64,000 bases of DNA from Lepidodermella squamata (GCA_047495785.1 JBLDXI010000001.1:4588001-4652000), one strand, 5' to 3'; shown: positions 13,331 to 27,063, numbered from the stretch's first letter. Program-made: numbers and translations. Notes: a model not told the origin generated them from the sequence alone.

Positions 13331-13947
13331 TTTCGGGAATCGATTGAATTTCGGTTACATTCCGTCCCTTATATTGAGCATTGTCATGCACTGCTAACTC
13401 CCACTTCATAGACGACAGGATTTGTCACGCTGTAAATTTGTCGCAATGTAGCTCAGTTTGAAATAAATACTTGTCTGTAAATTATAACCTTCCAACGCAA
13501 TAGTTCAATATAGCCACGAGAGGACATGGGCGCTTTGAAGGTTTTAGGACTGTGGGTGCAAGTCTTTATATCGCAGACAATTAAATATCTGCCTCGGCGG
13601 GACGTTTCAGGTGTCTAGTTTCATTCAACAAAACATTATGAATCAAAGCTTTCCTACTATGTGTTGTCCTAGCAGCGTTTTTGCACCTATACAAAACAGC
13701 CAAACACTGTAATACGTAATTCGTTAATTGAGCGGCCCATAGTCCGATGTCCACGAGGCTTCATTTTGAGATATAAATCGTATAAATAATTTTATTTTCA
13801 AAAAGTTCAGCAAAACGTGTCACTGAGGCAAAACTAGGGGTTATCAACTACTGCGGATCGAATGGCACGGGCCAAATCGACCAATGTTGCATTGTTATCA
13901 GGACATGATAAATTGGAATTGTTCGTGCGTTTCTTGTATTCTGTGTA

Positions 13948-15688
13948 CCGTACTCCGGTACAATTTTGAACAGGTACTAATTTGAACACCACGCGCATCT
14001 CCCAAACTGTGAGGGTTGCGAACTTGCTGATTTTTCTGGGAATAGATCTCAATGAGTTATGTAGGTACGCAAACTTTCACCAACCCAGTCCTCACGGTTG
14101 ATTTTATAAAAAATCCCGAAAAAACCACGAAAATAGCAAACTTTGAAGCGTTGCCCTGCTTTTACGGAGGTAGCTACAGAGATGCGACAAGCGACAAAAA
14201 TGAAGTTTCTGATTAGTTAATGTTGCTCCCAAAAGCGCTCAAACTTCTATAGAGTGGTTATCGTGTGGCATGCATGCAAAGTTGAGAGGGTAGGCGGTAC
14301 AATTTTGAACAATTGTTGGTACAATTTTGAACAGCAGTACAATTTTGAACACCCATTTAGGAGGACTTTTCTGAATTTTAGCGCATGATAGAAACTTCTA
14401 ACTTTACTGTTCCAAGAAGCTAAAAAAAATTTTTGGGACAAGAGAACTTGAAAAATTGAACAAAAACAGAGCTTTGAAGTCATCTCCTAACGCCAAAGTG
14501 CTCTTTAGCGTATTAACTGCGAATGTGGGTTTCATGCATAATGTGGATTTATTTATTAAGAGCTGTAAAGTAAAACGTCGAATTTTAATCTTTCGAGAGC
14601 CGCTTCTTCTTAGCCGCAACTTCGGCGGCGATCCTAGCGGCCGCAGTCGAAATTCACTGTCGTGTCACTGTTTCCCCACTTGTATACGACTACTGGCGGC
14701 GCCGCATTTCCAGCCATGTCCCCGCCAAAAACCACAGTAACCATCGCCTTCTCAGAACCAGGCGCCATCTGCCTGACGTATTGGGCACCTCGACAAACCA
14801 AGACCTTCTATTTTGAGCCGAGGCCCAAAACAAAACCGCTCTCATCGAGATTTTTTATGTTTTTCGACGGAGTATCCGCAGGTATGGCTTCTTCAAGAAG
14901 CTTGAGCCAATCTTTAATGATTTCAGGTTTGCTGCGGTGGTACACGGCTTTGTTTGAAGGAGTTCTTAGGGACAAATTATTTCGCTCGACATAAGCATTA
15001 AACCAGTCATCACTCAATTTGGCGGATGCAATTTGAGAACCAATATCCATTATCTCGTCCTTAGTTAGTGGAATTGCCCAGCCTTGAGTAGCCCTAACGA
15101 GCCGTGTGATGTGCTGTTCTTCTTCTACTGACAAAGCTGTCGGATGACCAACGGTACCATCATGGGCCTGATGGACCCGATTGTGGAAGGTTCCAATCGA
15201 AATCCCCCATTTCTCGACGTGCTCGCGATAAACCATTCGAAACGACTTCATTCCAGATTTAACCATCATCACCGCTTCAGTCATGTCTTCGTCACTATAT
15301 AGCCTGGTTTTTTTCTTCGCCGTTCGAACCATTGGTGTAGCAAATTTGCAAGGATCGCAAAAAAATTCGCAGCAAGAGCGCCGATCATCGATTAAATAAA
15401 AATTTAAATTTGTTAGCGCGCAAATTTAGGTGGATTTTTATTTTTAATTTTGATGCTAAATTCTTAGTGTTCAAAATTGTACCTAGCTGTTCAAAATTGT
15501 ACTTTTGGGGTACCCCTTCCCGAATGCTAACGCAAGAGAATTTCGAAGATTTGAAAATACGGGGATGATCCTTGACCCAACCCCGATCAGGATACATCGA
15601 AAACCGCATGGAAAAAGCTTATTTAATGCGTACAGGGCAAATCGTAGTTTGCGTGGACGAGAGTGTTCAAAATTGTACCGGATTACGG
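13948..15688 (-). mobile_element. Internally deleted pogo-type (Tc1/mariner superfamily) DNA transposon
   Basis: 25-bp TIRs CCGTA(C/A)TCCGGTACAATTTTGAACA flanked by TA on both sides; subterminal GTACAATTTTGAAC repeats. Confidence 0.9.
14635..15332 (-). pseudogene. Defective pogo transposase (psq-type HTH, CENP-B-type HTH, start of DDE domain)
   Basis: YSDEDMTEAV...; NLDESGF first catalytic motif; in-frame TAG at 14808-14810, followed by KVLVCRG...VTVVFGGDMAGNAAPPVVVYK; the rest is missing. Confidence 0.85.
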
Positions 15689-15772
15689 TACTTAATATTC
15701 AGTTCACGAAAATCTGATCTTCAGGAAGAAGTTGATAGGAATCCAATAGATTCACCAGGCGTGTTAGAAACT

Positions 15773-18348
15773 CTATATACGCTCGCATAGGCCACGAGTA
15801 CTGCTACCGCAAGATGATCGTCGAAGTTTACCGATGAAAAGCACAGCGCCTAAATAGCAAAGTAAGAATAATCTGAACTCAGAACATTTGTTTGTCTCAC
15901 AGTGTTGGTAGTTAATTGCTCCGCCGACCAATTCGAACTGTGAGTTGTTGAATGGCTGGCCGGTTATCCAAGAGTAATCATCCAGATTGGTTCGTTTTGC
16001 CCCGATAAAGGCTTGGGCGGAGGGAAGATTTATCACCCTCACAGCAGCGTCGTATGTCGCTTGATCCTTGATTACGGCCAACGATTTTGCGCGATCTTGG
16101 CAATACTTCGCCATTTCATCTCTCGTGCCTATTGTATTTGAGATCTCCAAGTCACCCAATGTCTGGAAATAATTGATTTTTATCGCGAGATTAGCCAATG
16201 GTGTGAGCCAAAACTTACAGCGCCAGAGCACAAGCCATTCTTCAAGAAGGTACAAACCGTATCCCCGAACCCACTTGTAGTAGCAAGAATGCCTGTAAAT
16301 ATCGGAGACAATTGATGAATTGATAGAAAAAGAAAGAGAAAGAGCTTCTACAACCTAGAACTAACAAGTGCCTTTGTCAGATACTTTGTGTCCCATAAGT
16401 AACGCAAACAAAGAAAATACACGGAAAAGGGTTCAGAAACTCAGAAACTCAGAAAAATGAGATACGAAGTCACATCACATGGCAAGAAAAATTCAAAAAA
16501 TCTCGAGAATAGTAATAAAGTATTTCGTTTGTTAATTAAAAAGTCCGGAGAAATTTGGTTCCAGAGAAAATTACCAAACCAGTTACCATCGGGGTTTTTC
16601 GAGTTTTCTCTCCGGTCAATTTTTGGTTTCTTCGGTTAAACCGAAGATGGAATAAATGATGGAATATTCTCTCGGTAGGTTTAATTAAATTTGATGAAGT
16701 TCCTAAAAGAAAGTTGCTCAATTTAAAATAGTAGCGCAACTACTGCATTTTTCACAAATGTCACGAAGCACGAACTCACATTCACCAACACCTGCTGGGT
16801 ACGTCCTTTGCCAAAAAGGCGAGTCGATTTTGACAACGCTATTATCAGCGTCCCACCTGAAATCAGCCACCAACCCAACGAACGCTGAAGCAGCCGCACC
16901 CTTAGAATTCACAATATTTAAAGCCGCATCGAAATCAGCCGGCGTGGAAAAAGTTGCGAGACGGCCGCCGTCCTTCTTACAAGCCTCTAACTGCAGGCCG
17001 AAGACGCCATCTTCGAGCGAGGAGAAGAAATACTTAGGAGGTGGGGCCAGGTCTTTCAAGCAGGCCGCGTGATTATCGGCGAATTTCGTCGAGTTAGCAA
17101 ATATTTTGACCTGATTTAAAGAATATGGGATAACTATTTTTCAAAAACTATTCATCTACTTACCACAGTTGAACCGGATGGACAGTTGTTGTAACAGTTC
17201 TTACTGGTTGAATTATCGCATTGAACAGCATTCTGAGGGAAAATTGAAGAAAATCATAAATAGAATCAGTATTTCTTTTACTTTACTTACCCATGATAAG
17301 CAGTTGGCTTTGTTGCGGTAAACACCAGTCGAAAATGCACTCGTTTCATCAGCGGCGCAGCCAGTGCTGCTGAGCCTACAGCCGGTAAATTCACGAGTGA
17401 CGGCATTGAAACATCGAATGTGAGGCTTCATAGAATCAGCAGCGTCGCCTGCAAAGAATTAAGGAATAAATATGTTGACTTTAGACTTTAGAAAGCCGAA
17501 AAGGCCCCGGTTTTTGGAGTCTAAACTAAAAACTCACGGCTAAAATTCCGAAGGCATGTGTCCAAACTTGAGTAAATCGCGGGAGATTTCGTCTAAAATC
17601 CCAAAAATTGAAGGAAAAATCACAATGAAAATCTAAAGAAATTATTACACCGCTTGGACACTGGAAATCGCTAGGAACACAGGTAATTAATTGTTGAGCT
17701 GCATCTACACAAGCGCTAAATTTTCGATTCTGAAAAGACAATTTTCATAAATAACTACAACAATTAGACGTCGAATTACGCACCGTGAAAGAGTTGTAGT
17801 CAATAGCACAAGCTGCAAGATTTGCAATAAATGGGAATGCTCCATTGTAAGATCCACCGACCTTGAAAATTGGAGACAGATAAAGGACAAATATTTAAAA
17901 TTAAACTTAAAAATGACAATAAAAAAGAATTAGTCAAGTTTTTGAATATTGATACTTACCATGATTTCATTTGTTTTCTCACAACCAGGATTGCCCGGCC
18001 GGCATGTCGCTGCGTAAGTGGCATATTTGTAACACAATCTAGCAGTCTGTTAACAAGAAATTTCCAAAAACACAATAGTAACGGAATTGGGAAATCATAC
18101 CGCTTTCATACAAGACGACCGATCCGCCACAGCGGTTCCAACCTGTAACATTGAAAAGCATGAGAGAAAAAGTGTTATCCAGTGTTGAGCCTCACCTGAT
18201 ATTCTCGCAATCGAGGGCAACCGTTAGGTAATTCGCGGCAATCGGCGAACGTGTCGTCGAATTGCGAGAAGCAACGAGCCCAATCGCCGCAATGCACTAC
18301 GCCGCTGGCAGCAATCAACGCAGCCATAACCGTGATTAGCAATTTCAT
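15773..18348 (-). CDS. Secreted multi-exon protein: repeated Cys-rich N-terminal modules plus two C-type lectin-like domains
   Basis: Signal peptide MKLLITVMAALIAASGVVHC; about 11 GT-AG-bounded exons; CTLD motifs ACKKDGGRLATF..AFVGL..FRW and YCQDRAKSLAVIKD..AFIGAKR..YSW..C..LCE. Exon chain assembled by eye. Confidence 0.75.
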
Positions 18349-19749
18349 TACCTTAGATTGGTTAAAAAAACTAAAATTGTAGATAATGTGGTAGTCTTTA
18401 CAATTTATTTTTTAATTTTTCTTATTTTTTAAAAGCATTTTATTTATTTTTTACTTTGTTTAAAATATATTCAAAGCAATGAGGTTTGGCATAAATGAGA
18501 TTTTAGAGAAGAAGCAAAAGCTCCAAACTCGAAAAAAGCAATAGAAAACGCCATTCGGAAACGTGAGGAACCGGTTAAAATGGCATATTATGTCTTGTTC
18601 ATCGAAAGTCATTAAATAAACTGAAAAATAATCCATAAAATAAAATAAAATAAGAGATAAAAATGATAACGTTAAAAAAGGTCACGCATATAGGGCGTCA
18701 TCGGTGATCGCGTGCGGAAGTGAAGCATCTCTCGGTGATTGTTGTTGTTCTCACTAATCTTTGAGGCGCGAGCCATTTTTAAATAAAAATTAAATTTTTG
18801 CCCTGGTTTTGAGGGCGAAAAAGTATTTTATTTTTACGGTCAGTTATTTCATTAAAATGCCTGGTCACTTACCATGAAATTAAAATGTTGTATATAATAT
18901 CAAAATGCGTTAGGTTTTATCCAACTCCTAACTAGCTAATCACCGAATCGTACCGTTATATAGATCGGGATAGCAAATTAGACCCTAGCTTCTTGCTTCT
19001 TCATGACTTTCTATTGATGATAGAATCATGCAACTTTATACTCAACATCAGATGGAGTATAGAGAACAAACGTGCGGAGACCTGTCAAATAAAAAAAATG
19101 TCAGTTAAAATTGAGTAAAATATGTGTTGAGAAATAGTAGGATTGGACCACGTTAAAATGCGGCTGCTTATTGAAAGCGGTAATTGGTCAGCCAACTTCA
19201 GCAACAGGGTTCATGGTTGGAACAAATTTCACCGGATGTTTTCTCAATTTATCGACCAGAGAATACTTGATTACTATTCTCATGATTTTTTTAACTTTTC
19301 TAAAAAATTTCTGGCCATGGTTTCATCTCTATAAAGATGAGATATGGCTCATGCCTATTCAACCGTGGCAATTTCGCAGGCGCAGTCGCTAGGTTATTTT
19401 CAAATTTTCGAAATGAAACCGTACGCTCATTTTTCAAATTGGATGCCACACAAGGGAAATCATGGCACAGTGAAACTCGAGGAGTCTTATGACATCAAAT
19501 GCGTTCAGGTTTCTTTTCGCTGTAGCCCTCTTGAAATGGACGTCAACTAATCCGACTTTCTCAACGAGGCTAACGATGTTAATATGTTGCATCATCATTT
19601 CTGCAAACGCGCTTCATATGAACGGCCAGATGTTTTATTTACTTTTATTGTCCTTGTTTCAAGATTCAAATTCAACACAGCTTAAACTCTTCATATCGTC
19701 TAACATCGATAAGTAGTATGAATCAGTCTGAACTACTTCGTGGAGCTGA

Positions 19750-20170
19750 TCAACTTTGAATACGCTCGCATAGGCCGGCCATGGTGGTATCAGCGCAAGA
19801 CGCTCGCTGAAGCGAGCCCGAAGATAGAACCACGCCTGGAAAAATTAATTGATTAAATCATCATAAGAAATTTGTTTTCCTTCCTAACAGTGATTTTCAA
19901 ATGTTGGATCGCCATTCAAAGTGAACAGCGTGCCGTTGAAGGGGTTGCCTGTTATCCAAGAATACGAGACCAAGTCCCTCCTTTTCCCACCAATGAACGC
20001 TCGTCTTCCCGGAACAAATTGTTTAGCAGCTTCGAATGTCGCTTGGTCTTTGATTGTGGCCAACGTTTTCGCCTTGCCAGCACAATAACCTTCCAGGAGT
20101 CCAGGAGCTGGGGTGTCGCGACAACCCAGCACCCCTGTACTCGCACCCTGTTCGCTACTCTCCTCTGCCT
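19750..20170 (-). CDS. C-type lectin-like domain, partial paralog of the last CTLD of 15773-18348; 5' end unresolved (possible pseudogene)
   Basis: YCAGKAKTLATIKDQATF..AFIGGKR..YSWITGNPFN; same final intron position; ends MAGLCERIQS*. Confidence 0.65.
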
Positions 20171-21339
20171 ATCACAAGCATGCACCACGGGATTTTGGTA
20201 CCAAAAGAAAGCTCACAAATTTCTGCATCGATCCGATTAGTATCTTTCTGGATTCTGAGGTCGGCAAATTGCGATGCAAATTGCGATGAATTTCATAGTG
20301 TAATCGGGTTAACAATCATGTCTGCGTACCTGGTTGGGAATGACGGAATCTTGATCCGTCGATGAAGCTAAAACAAGTGAGTTCTTGTTTCCCACTTATG
20401 ACCGATACGCTTGAACCATGCGCAACTTCGTTTATTAACCAAGGAATTTATCCATAATTAGGACATCGGGATAATACAATAAAGCATTATACCTACTGGT
20501 GTTTCAACCCTTTCATTATTCTGAATTTGTAAATGCACAGTAATTCGAATTTGACGATAATTGTTGATCGCCCGTTCGAGGAATACTACTTATTGATGTT
20601 CGCTATAGGAATTTCAACGAACGCACTGTTAATTGGCATGGTCAGTACGTGCTAGTTATTTTAATATAGTCTACCTGAGATTGAAATTTCGATTGGGAAT
20701 TACAGTGTTTTCTGATCATCTTATTTTGACCAAACAAAAATATTACTGTGTCCGTCATAGTCTCTTGACCTTTGTGTCGATTATTTTGAACTGGGAATTA
20801 AAAATGATGAAGCCATTGAAGTTTAATCAAACCGGTCGAAGTCGTCCTATCGGCCCAAACGTTGTACAGGCGAGATGCGTGTTTTTGTGCTTCGAAACAG
20901 CCGGGTGTAAAAAATCTGACTTGGCTGAATACTGATCAAAATGCTGATTATTGAAAACTGGTTTTAACTGATTTCTTTCCTCGGAATAATAAATGGAGAT
21001 TTTCAGGGACTGTTAGGGGAGAGACTTAGAACATATGAAAATTCAATGTTGAGAGCCTGATGCTGAAATTGCCGTAGTTCGATTCCCCATGCCTGCTGGA
21101 GACATTGCCATTTTGCTTGAGTTTTGGTTTTGCTGAAAATGGTGATGCGATCCACCGGAAATTTTTCTTCAAGCCGTTTATTGGATCTTTAAGATTGAAC
21201 AGTAGATAAAAATCATTCATCGTTAATGAATATTGCCGTGTTTAATATTATACAGGAGGAATCAACCCACTGTTTCTTCCTGGCTAGGAACTGAGTATCT
21301 TCAAAAAGCTACTTATTTAGCATATGCAGCCAATGATTT

Positions 21340-22130
21340 TCAAGTTAACAAGCGAGCGACTGTGAAGAAAGTAATGAGAGAAGTGGCGCATAGGCTGTGT
21401 GAGATTGATCCAAATCGGCCGATAGCATCGTCTGGCGTATTCTCATCCGCCTCGTCCATCTCCTGCTGGCCAACCCCAGGACCCACAATGTCCGCTGCAC
21501 TATCGTTTTGCTCGTTCGACGTAATTTTGCCCTTATTGATAGTGCTGTCGTCCCCCCTTACGCGTTCTAGTCTTTCTTGGCGATCGAGGATATCCAATTC
21601 TCGCTAAAAATTCTACTTTAGAAATACGCACTTCATGTCATTGCAAATTAACTAACCTTGCTATTCATCTTCCGTGCTTTGTCCTCCCATTGCCGTTGTA
21701 GGATTTCACGCTGTAGCTGGTTGTTGTGCGCCGTTTCTTCCAGATTTTTATTAGCCTCGATGCTCATTTTTTGTAGCTGCGCGTCGTATTGCGCCTTCTC
21801 ACGCATGAGGTTACCATCATAAACTGCTTTCCATATTTCCAGTGCGACTGTAACGAAAATGATAAGCAGGGATATTAGAGCTCCATATAAGTAGGGTTCA
21901 TATTGCAGTGAGTCATAGTCGAGACTCTCCGTCGCATTGATGCTACTGCTCACATTGACCCGTTGTGAAATAGCGATAGCAGGCGGTTCAGTGCCGAGCC
22001 GAATTAGTGGACTCTCGCCAGAATGTTCGATTCGATTAATTGGCATAGCGCCTGCTGAGCGAAACTGCACGTTAAGCAGGGCAAACGACATTACCAAGCT
22101 GAAATAGCGCAGAAAATGATTCTTAGGCAT
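21340..22130 (-). CDS. Uncharacterised type I membrane protein with cytoplasmic coiled coil; 2 exons
   Basis: Signal-like N-terminus, TM YLYGALISLLIIFVTVAL, heptad-rich region. A short GT-AG intron (about 21656-21605) joins the two ORFs in frame. Confidence 0.6.
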
Positions 22131-22753
22131 GGCTAGTTTTGAAAAAGATGACTCGTCAACAATAAATCGAATTCTTCATAACCTTTTTAATCAATCATTG
22201 CTTCAGCGAGGCTCTGATTTTGTTTAGGTGGATTTTTTATCTTTCGTTGTTTTTTCGTTTCCGATTTTCTGGGCCGCGGATTGGGATTTACTGTGAAAGT
22301 GAAACTTCATTTTTTGTCGATTCGTCATATCCTGTTCGAATATAGATGAGCTTGTACAATCGAAGATTTGGCTGCGATGCCCAAATATGGACACTATACA
22401 AGAAATAATACCTTATCTTAACTAATTTGGAAATCTGGTGAAGATTTTTACAAAAAAAAACCTTGAAGTTAACCTCAAAGGTGAAACTATAAATAGGTTA
22501 CATGAATCAGCGCTGCAGCCCGCGGCAGAGGTAGCCGAGCGATAGTGGCCGTTAAAATGATGCAGAAAACATGTAGCCATTGTATGATTCATGCGCAAAA
22601 AACAAACCGCCGGCCGCCGCTTGACCTTTTTTGTCACGTGGCAGCGCCGAAAAGCCAGCCAAGCCATTGTTTGCAAACCAAAATAGCCAATTTTACTCGC
22701 CCACGTTGCGTTTTAGTGGCGGCGAACTAGCTTTCGCGGTCAATTTCACAAGA

Positions 22754-22761
22754 TATATAAA
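22754..22761 (+). promoter_or_regulatory. TATA box of knottin gene K1 (equivalents at 26973, 29857, 31182)
   Basis: TATA(T)AAA about 90-105 bp upstream of the ATG in all four knottin genes. Confidence 0.6.
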
Positions 22762-22848
22762 TGGCAAGCCGCCGGGCGAACGGCATCATTTTCCTGCTCC
22801 AACTGTCAAGTCTATTCACCTTCCAATCAAGCTCCACTTCTGTTTGAA

Positions 22849-23085
22849 ATGCCAATGAAACTCTCAGCCTCAGTTCTGGTCGTCATTTTCATGCTGATGC
22901 AAATATTCATGCTGCAACAAATTAATGGCAACCCTTCAATATGCATCAAGCAGAATGGCTCCTGCACTTCCTTCACCCAATGCTGCTCCCAGTTAGTTGA
23001 TATGCCTTAAAAGTATTCAGTATTTCATTTATTTCGATTTTCGATGTTATCCAGTGTCTGTGATGAACAGTTCAACTGCGACTGA
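22849..23085 (+). CDS. Knottin (ICK) peptide precursor K1; intron 22992-23054
   Basis: MPMKLSASVLVVIFMLMQIFMLQQING-NPSICIKQNGSCTSFTQCCSHVCDEQFNCD*. Absent from the ORF track because it is short and spliced. Confidence 0.88.
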
Positions 23086-24081
23086 AGGCCGAGTATGGCG
23101 GGTCCAATGATATAATGCCTAGCAGGCTACTGCTGTCCTGCGCAATCGAAGTCATCCGTTCGGCGAAGATCAAAATTCAAATTGAGCTTAATTCTTCGCT
23201 TGACTGGTCATAAGAGATTTCATATATATTGCGACCTGAATTCAGAATAAAATCAAAATGTATAACATGCCGTGAAATAACTCGATCAAAATAACTAAAG
23301 TCTAACCATCATGTCTTCTATTGTCTTATATTTGGACAAGTTTTCAACCTTGTTCTAGTCACTGGACGTCACCGGGTTCAAACTTGTAACTGCTTGGTTT
23401 AATAACAGATTAGAGATGCAGATCGAATCAAGCTAACAAAATATTCAGGTTACTCAGCTTTTATGGAGTGGGCAAAGATGATTAAGGAAGTCTGAATCCA
23501 GGCCCATTCCGTGTCGGGCATTCCTAAAGTCGAATTATTGGCTGTGGGAATCTATAACCTGACAGAGTTTACATAATCGATCGATTATGGCCCGATTCTC
23601 AAATTTCACTACATTCGAACTCAGAATCTGTTATGTTGCTGTCCATCCTAAAGCCCACTTCAAAGGAAAGATGGTCATCAAATATCAAAGCACGGCCTAA
23701 AACGAGCTCAATCGGACGTCGGTTTCGGGAAACTAGCCTATTCTTAATTAGGTGACAACTAAACAATGTTATATTAAACTTCTAATTGAAGAGCATTTCA
23801 AGAGGATGGGAATCCGACGAGGAACACTTTCCTCTTAGAGTTTTAAATCTGTACTGAATGGACAGTAAAAGGCAACTGTACCAAAAATGTGCCATTTTGT
23901 GCGTAAAATGTTGACCAAATATCCATCCCCAACTACACGTGACTTGAGAAAAGACGGAAATGGTTGCTTTATCTATCAAGCGACTGTCATATCTACGTTA
24001 ATTCAATTTTCGATAATGGACTTTTGATCCGATTTATAATTCATATCATCAGGACAATAATTGGTCATATCGCGGGAATCG

Positions 24082-24455
24082 ATGATCTCAGTTACCATAA
24101 TTTTTATCATAGCCCTTGCTTCAGGTGTTGCCTTATCTCGACCTTTCAAAAGTGATTTGGATGGCCAGATTTTGGAGCGAAAATTATTTCTGATGGCGCT
24201 GAATGTCTTCAATGACACCTCACCAATTGAACTTGGAGCCAGAGCTGTTGTAGTACTCGATAACTATACGCGGAGGCAATGCCGAATGATCTGCCGAAGA
24301 GTAGTAAGAAAATATCGAAACCAAACAGTTTTGCCAACTTTATATGTTTTTTTTGTTAGCATGTTCGAAGTTGCCTTCGTGAGAAACCCGATGTCCGGCC
24401 AAAGTTTATAGAAAAGAACTGTGCATATTCTAAGAGTCAAGAGTATGCTTTTTGA
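24082..24455 (+). CDS. Secreted 4-Cys family member A3; intron 24304-24359
   Basis: Signal peptide; spliced CRMICRRV|HVRSCLREKPDVRPKFIEKNCAYSKSQEYAF*. Confidence 0.85.
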
Positions 24456-24752
24456 ATGCGTTGATCTCTCTGGGCTAATTGGGATGCGCATCTAACGCTT
24501 CCTGCTACAACTTGATAGCCCCACAATTTCCAAGAAATTTAGAAAAAGCAGGGCAATTTTTATGAAATGCCATGATCTTAGTAAAATTTCTGATATTAAC
24601 TCCATTCGAGCAGACGTTTGTCTCGTCCTGATCTAATCCCTCTCTTTTAGAGCGGCTTTCGAAATTTCGATCCTCTCTTGTTGCTTTTTTATTCTAAATT
24701 ATATCAAACTGTTATTGGATTCTCGGAAAACATTACGTAATTCTCTTTATTC

Positions 24753-25046
24753 TTAAGAGATTTTCTCCGTTCTTAAGAGAATAGAAAACAGAACGTTCCT
24801 TAGACAGCTGCTTCGAATTATTTTCAAGCGGCGAGCGACAGACGGCTGACCCAGGCACTGTAGCATCCGAAAGTGGAAGCCAGTGAAGCAGCGCACGCAC
24901 AGGTCACGTGAAATCTCGCCGATCCCAGTCACCGATTTCCGTAATTCTGACTCTGCAGAATGTTTCGACTGTGTTGAAGTAGTAGTGCACTGCATTACAA
25001 AGGAGAATATCAGTATTCCGTATAAGATGAATAGCGAATCTGACAT
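24753..25046 (-). CDS. Secreted intronless divergent 4-Cys protein B1
   Basis: Signal peptide; CVRC-x10-CLGQPSVARRLKIIRSSC; close paralog at 35516-35812. Confidence 0.8.
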   Translation of the reverse strand: MSDSLFILYGILIFSFVMQCTTTSTQSKHSAESELRKSVTGIGEISRDLCVRCFTGFHFRMLQCLGQPSVARRLKIIRSSCLRNVLFSILLRTEKIS

Positions 25047-25906
25047 AGCAGTAATGGAAAATGCAGCCTGTTGCCTCAAAGAGTCAAAGAGTCAAGTCGC
25101 CGAAGAGGAGGTATTCTTAAATAAGACGACGAACATAATATGACGTTAAGAGGTATTCCCGAAGTGGTAGCAGATCGAGGTTACGATGCTTGCTAATAAA
25201 TAGGTGACTTGCTGTCGTGTCAATCATTTGCATGTCAGTTATTACCCGACCTCAAAAACCTGGAAAGAATCTGATCGCCAGGTATAAAAGCTGTACGTGA
25301 TTCTTTAAAGGTATTTTAGGCAAACTTCATCGGGAATTCAATTACAACTCAAAAGACTGTCTTTGAACAGATATCTGATCTACTTCCTGGCATTGACTTC
25401 TCTATTGAAATGTGTGTAATTTTGACTGAACTGTCGACGATTGTTGTTTAACTGAGTGATAATATGCCTATCCGTGTTAGAGATGTATGCCATAATATGG
25501 AAAAGCCTGCTGTCAAGTTTTTGTTGGTTGAAATAAATTAATGTCAAGTTTGTTCGGGAAAGCCCTGGATGTTCAATAATATTTCTTCAATGGTATGTAC
25601 GTGAGGCTCACTCCTTTATTGTACTAAATATTGTGAATCGACAGGTGTAATACGCGCTGTCAGAGCATGAATAGCTTTAATCAATCATCTTGAAGTTTGA
25701 TTCAAGCGTGGAACTTCGAAACTTGACTTAATGATCAAAGATAAAATAGAGCTAAGTTCAAGCAACCGAATCCCTCGGAAGCTGTGTTTTTTATCGGTGC
25801 TAAGATCAACATTTAGACAGTAGACACCATCCCAGTCTCGCTAATCCAGAAGGAAATGCGGCCGTTCATCAGCATCGTGTGAAAATCCCATCGTAAGCTC
25901 CGCCCT

Positions 25907-26215
25907 TCAGGGTCTACGCATCGAACCTGATACAACTGCTTTTGATTCGCCATCACTTATACTGACTGAAAATGGCAAGTTCGTCCGCACAAGGATTTGA
26001 GGTGGAACAGTGACTGGAATCATTATGGTTTTAGGCCTAGGTAGGATTGATAAAGTTATCGTAGCCGTCGAAGTCGCCCTGCCAAGGTGACTCAAGCCTT
26101 GGACCTCTACAACTACGCGGTAAACTGGGGTCTTGATGTAGTCAAGTATTGACCGCCTCAAAGCGTAGAATTCATTAAATCAAGATCTGGAAAAAGTCTT
26201 TCCATCAACCCTGCA
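25907..26215 (-). pseudogene. Possible decayed cadherin-repeat-like fragment
   Basis: LDYIKTPVYRVVVEVQG...STATITLSI resembles the LDYE..Y.L.V.A.D...S.A.V.I.V half of a cadherin repeat. Calcium-binding residues are missing and there are stops upstream. Confidence 0.3.
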
Positions 26216-27063
26216 GAAAAATTGATTTTATTCGATCCCCATATGGCAAGTTGAAAGCTGGATTGTCAACCGGGAGAATATTCGTGATATTGAAGTATAT
26301 ATAGCAAGTTGCCTCTCAATCGGCAGAAATTACACTGAAGTTACAGAAATCTGAGATCCACACTCGTAATTCACCGGTCACTTCTCTGACCAAGTAATAG
26401 CAATTTCCGGAGATAAACCTGGATTGAATGTCCAACAAATTCCTTTTTATTATTAAGTGTTTTCTGATTATTTGGTGATTTCTTCGAGGTTTTTCAAGCT
26501 TGCAAAATTTTTCATCTCAGCCAAGCCATTTCGCGATGAAAATAGGCATTAAATTAAACAATGGAATGCTTACAAAGGAATTCAAACTATGCCCAGGTGG
26601 CTTACGGTTTTATATAGATTGTGTGCTTTGTTCTTCACGAAAAACAGCCGCATGATAGACCGAAGAACGACTTGAAAAGAATGTACTTAAAAATTGAAAA
26701 AAAATTATGAGTTTGCAACATGCACAATTTCGCCCTGATTAAATTTGGAAATTTAGCTCAGATGATGAATCATTGTTTATTTGACTGAGCACGACAAGTG
26801 AAGGCGGAGGGTGTAATAAACCGCGGCTAACATGTGATGAGAGCGCAAAACAAACCACCGGCCACAATTGCCCTACCGGCCAGACATTCGTAGGCCATTG
26901 TTTTCCGGCTAATTTTAAACCAAGGTCAGCTCACGTTAAAGTCTGACGAATTTTGACCGAATTCACCGAGGGTATAAATTGTCTCGCCCGGCGGTTGATC
27001 AAGCATGAGTTGCTTTTTCTCCCTGCAAAATATTGCCTTAATACCTCTGAAGCTATCTGAATC

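Noticed and set aside
14297-14352. Spaced 14-bp direct repeats suggestive of a CRISPR array
   Set aside because: The spacers are only a few bases and the unit matches the transposon TIR, so these are subterminal repeats in eukaryotic DNA.
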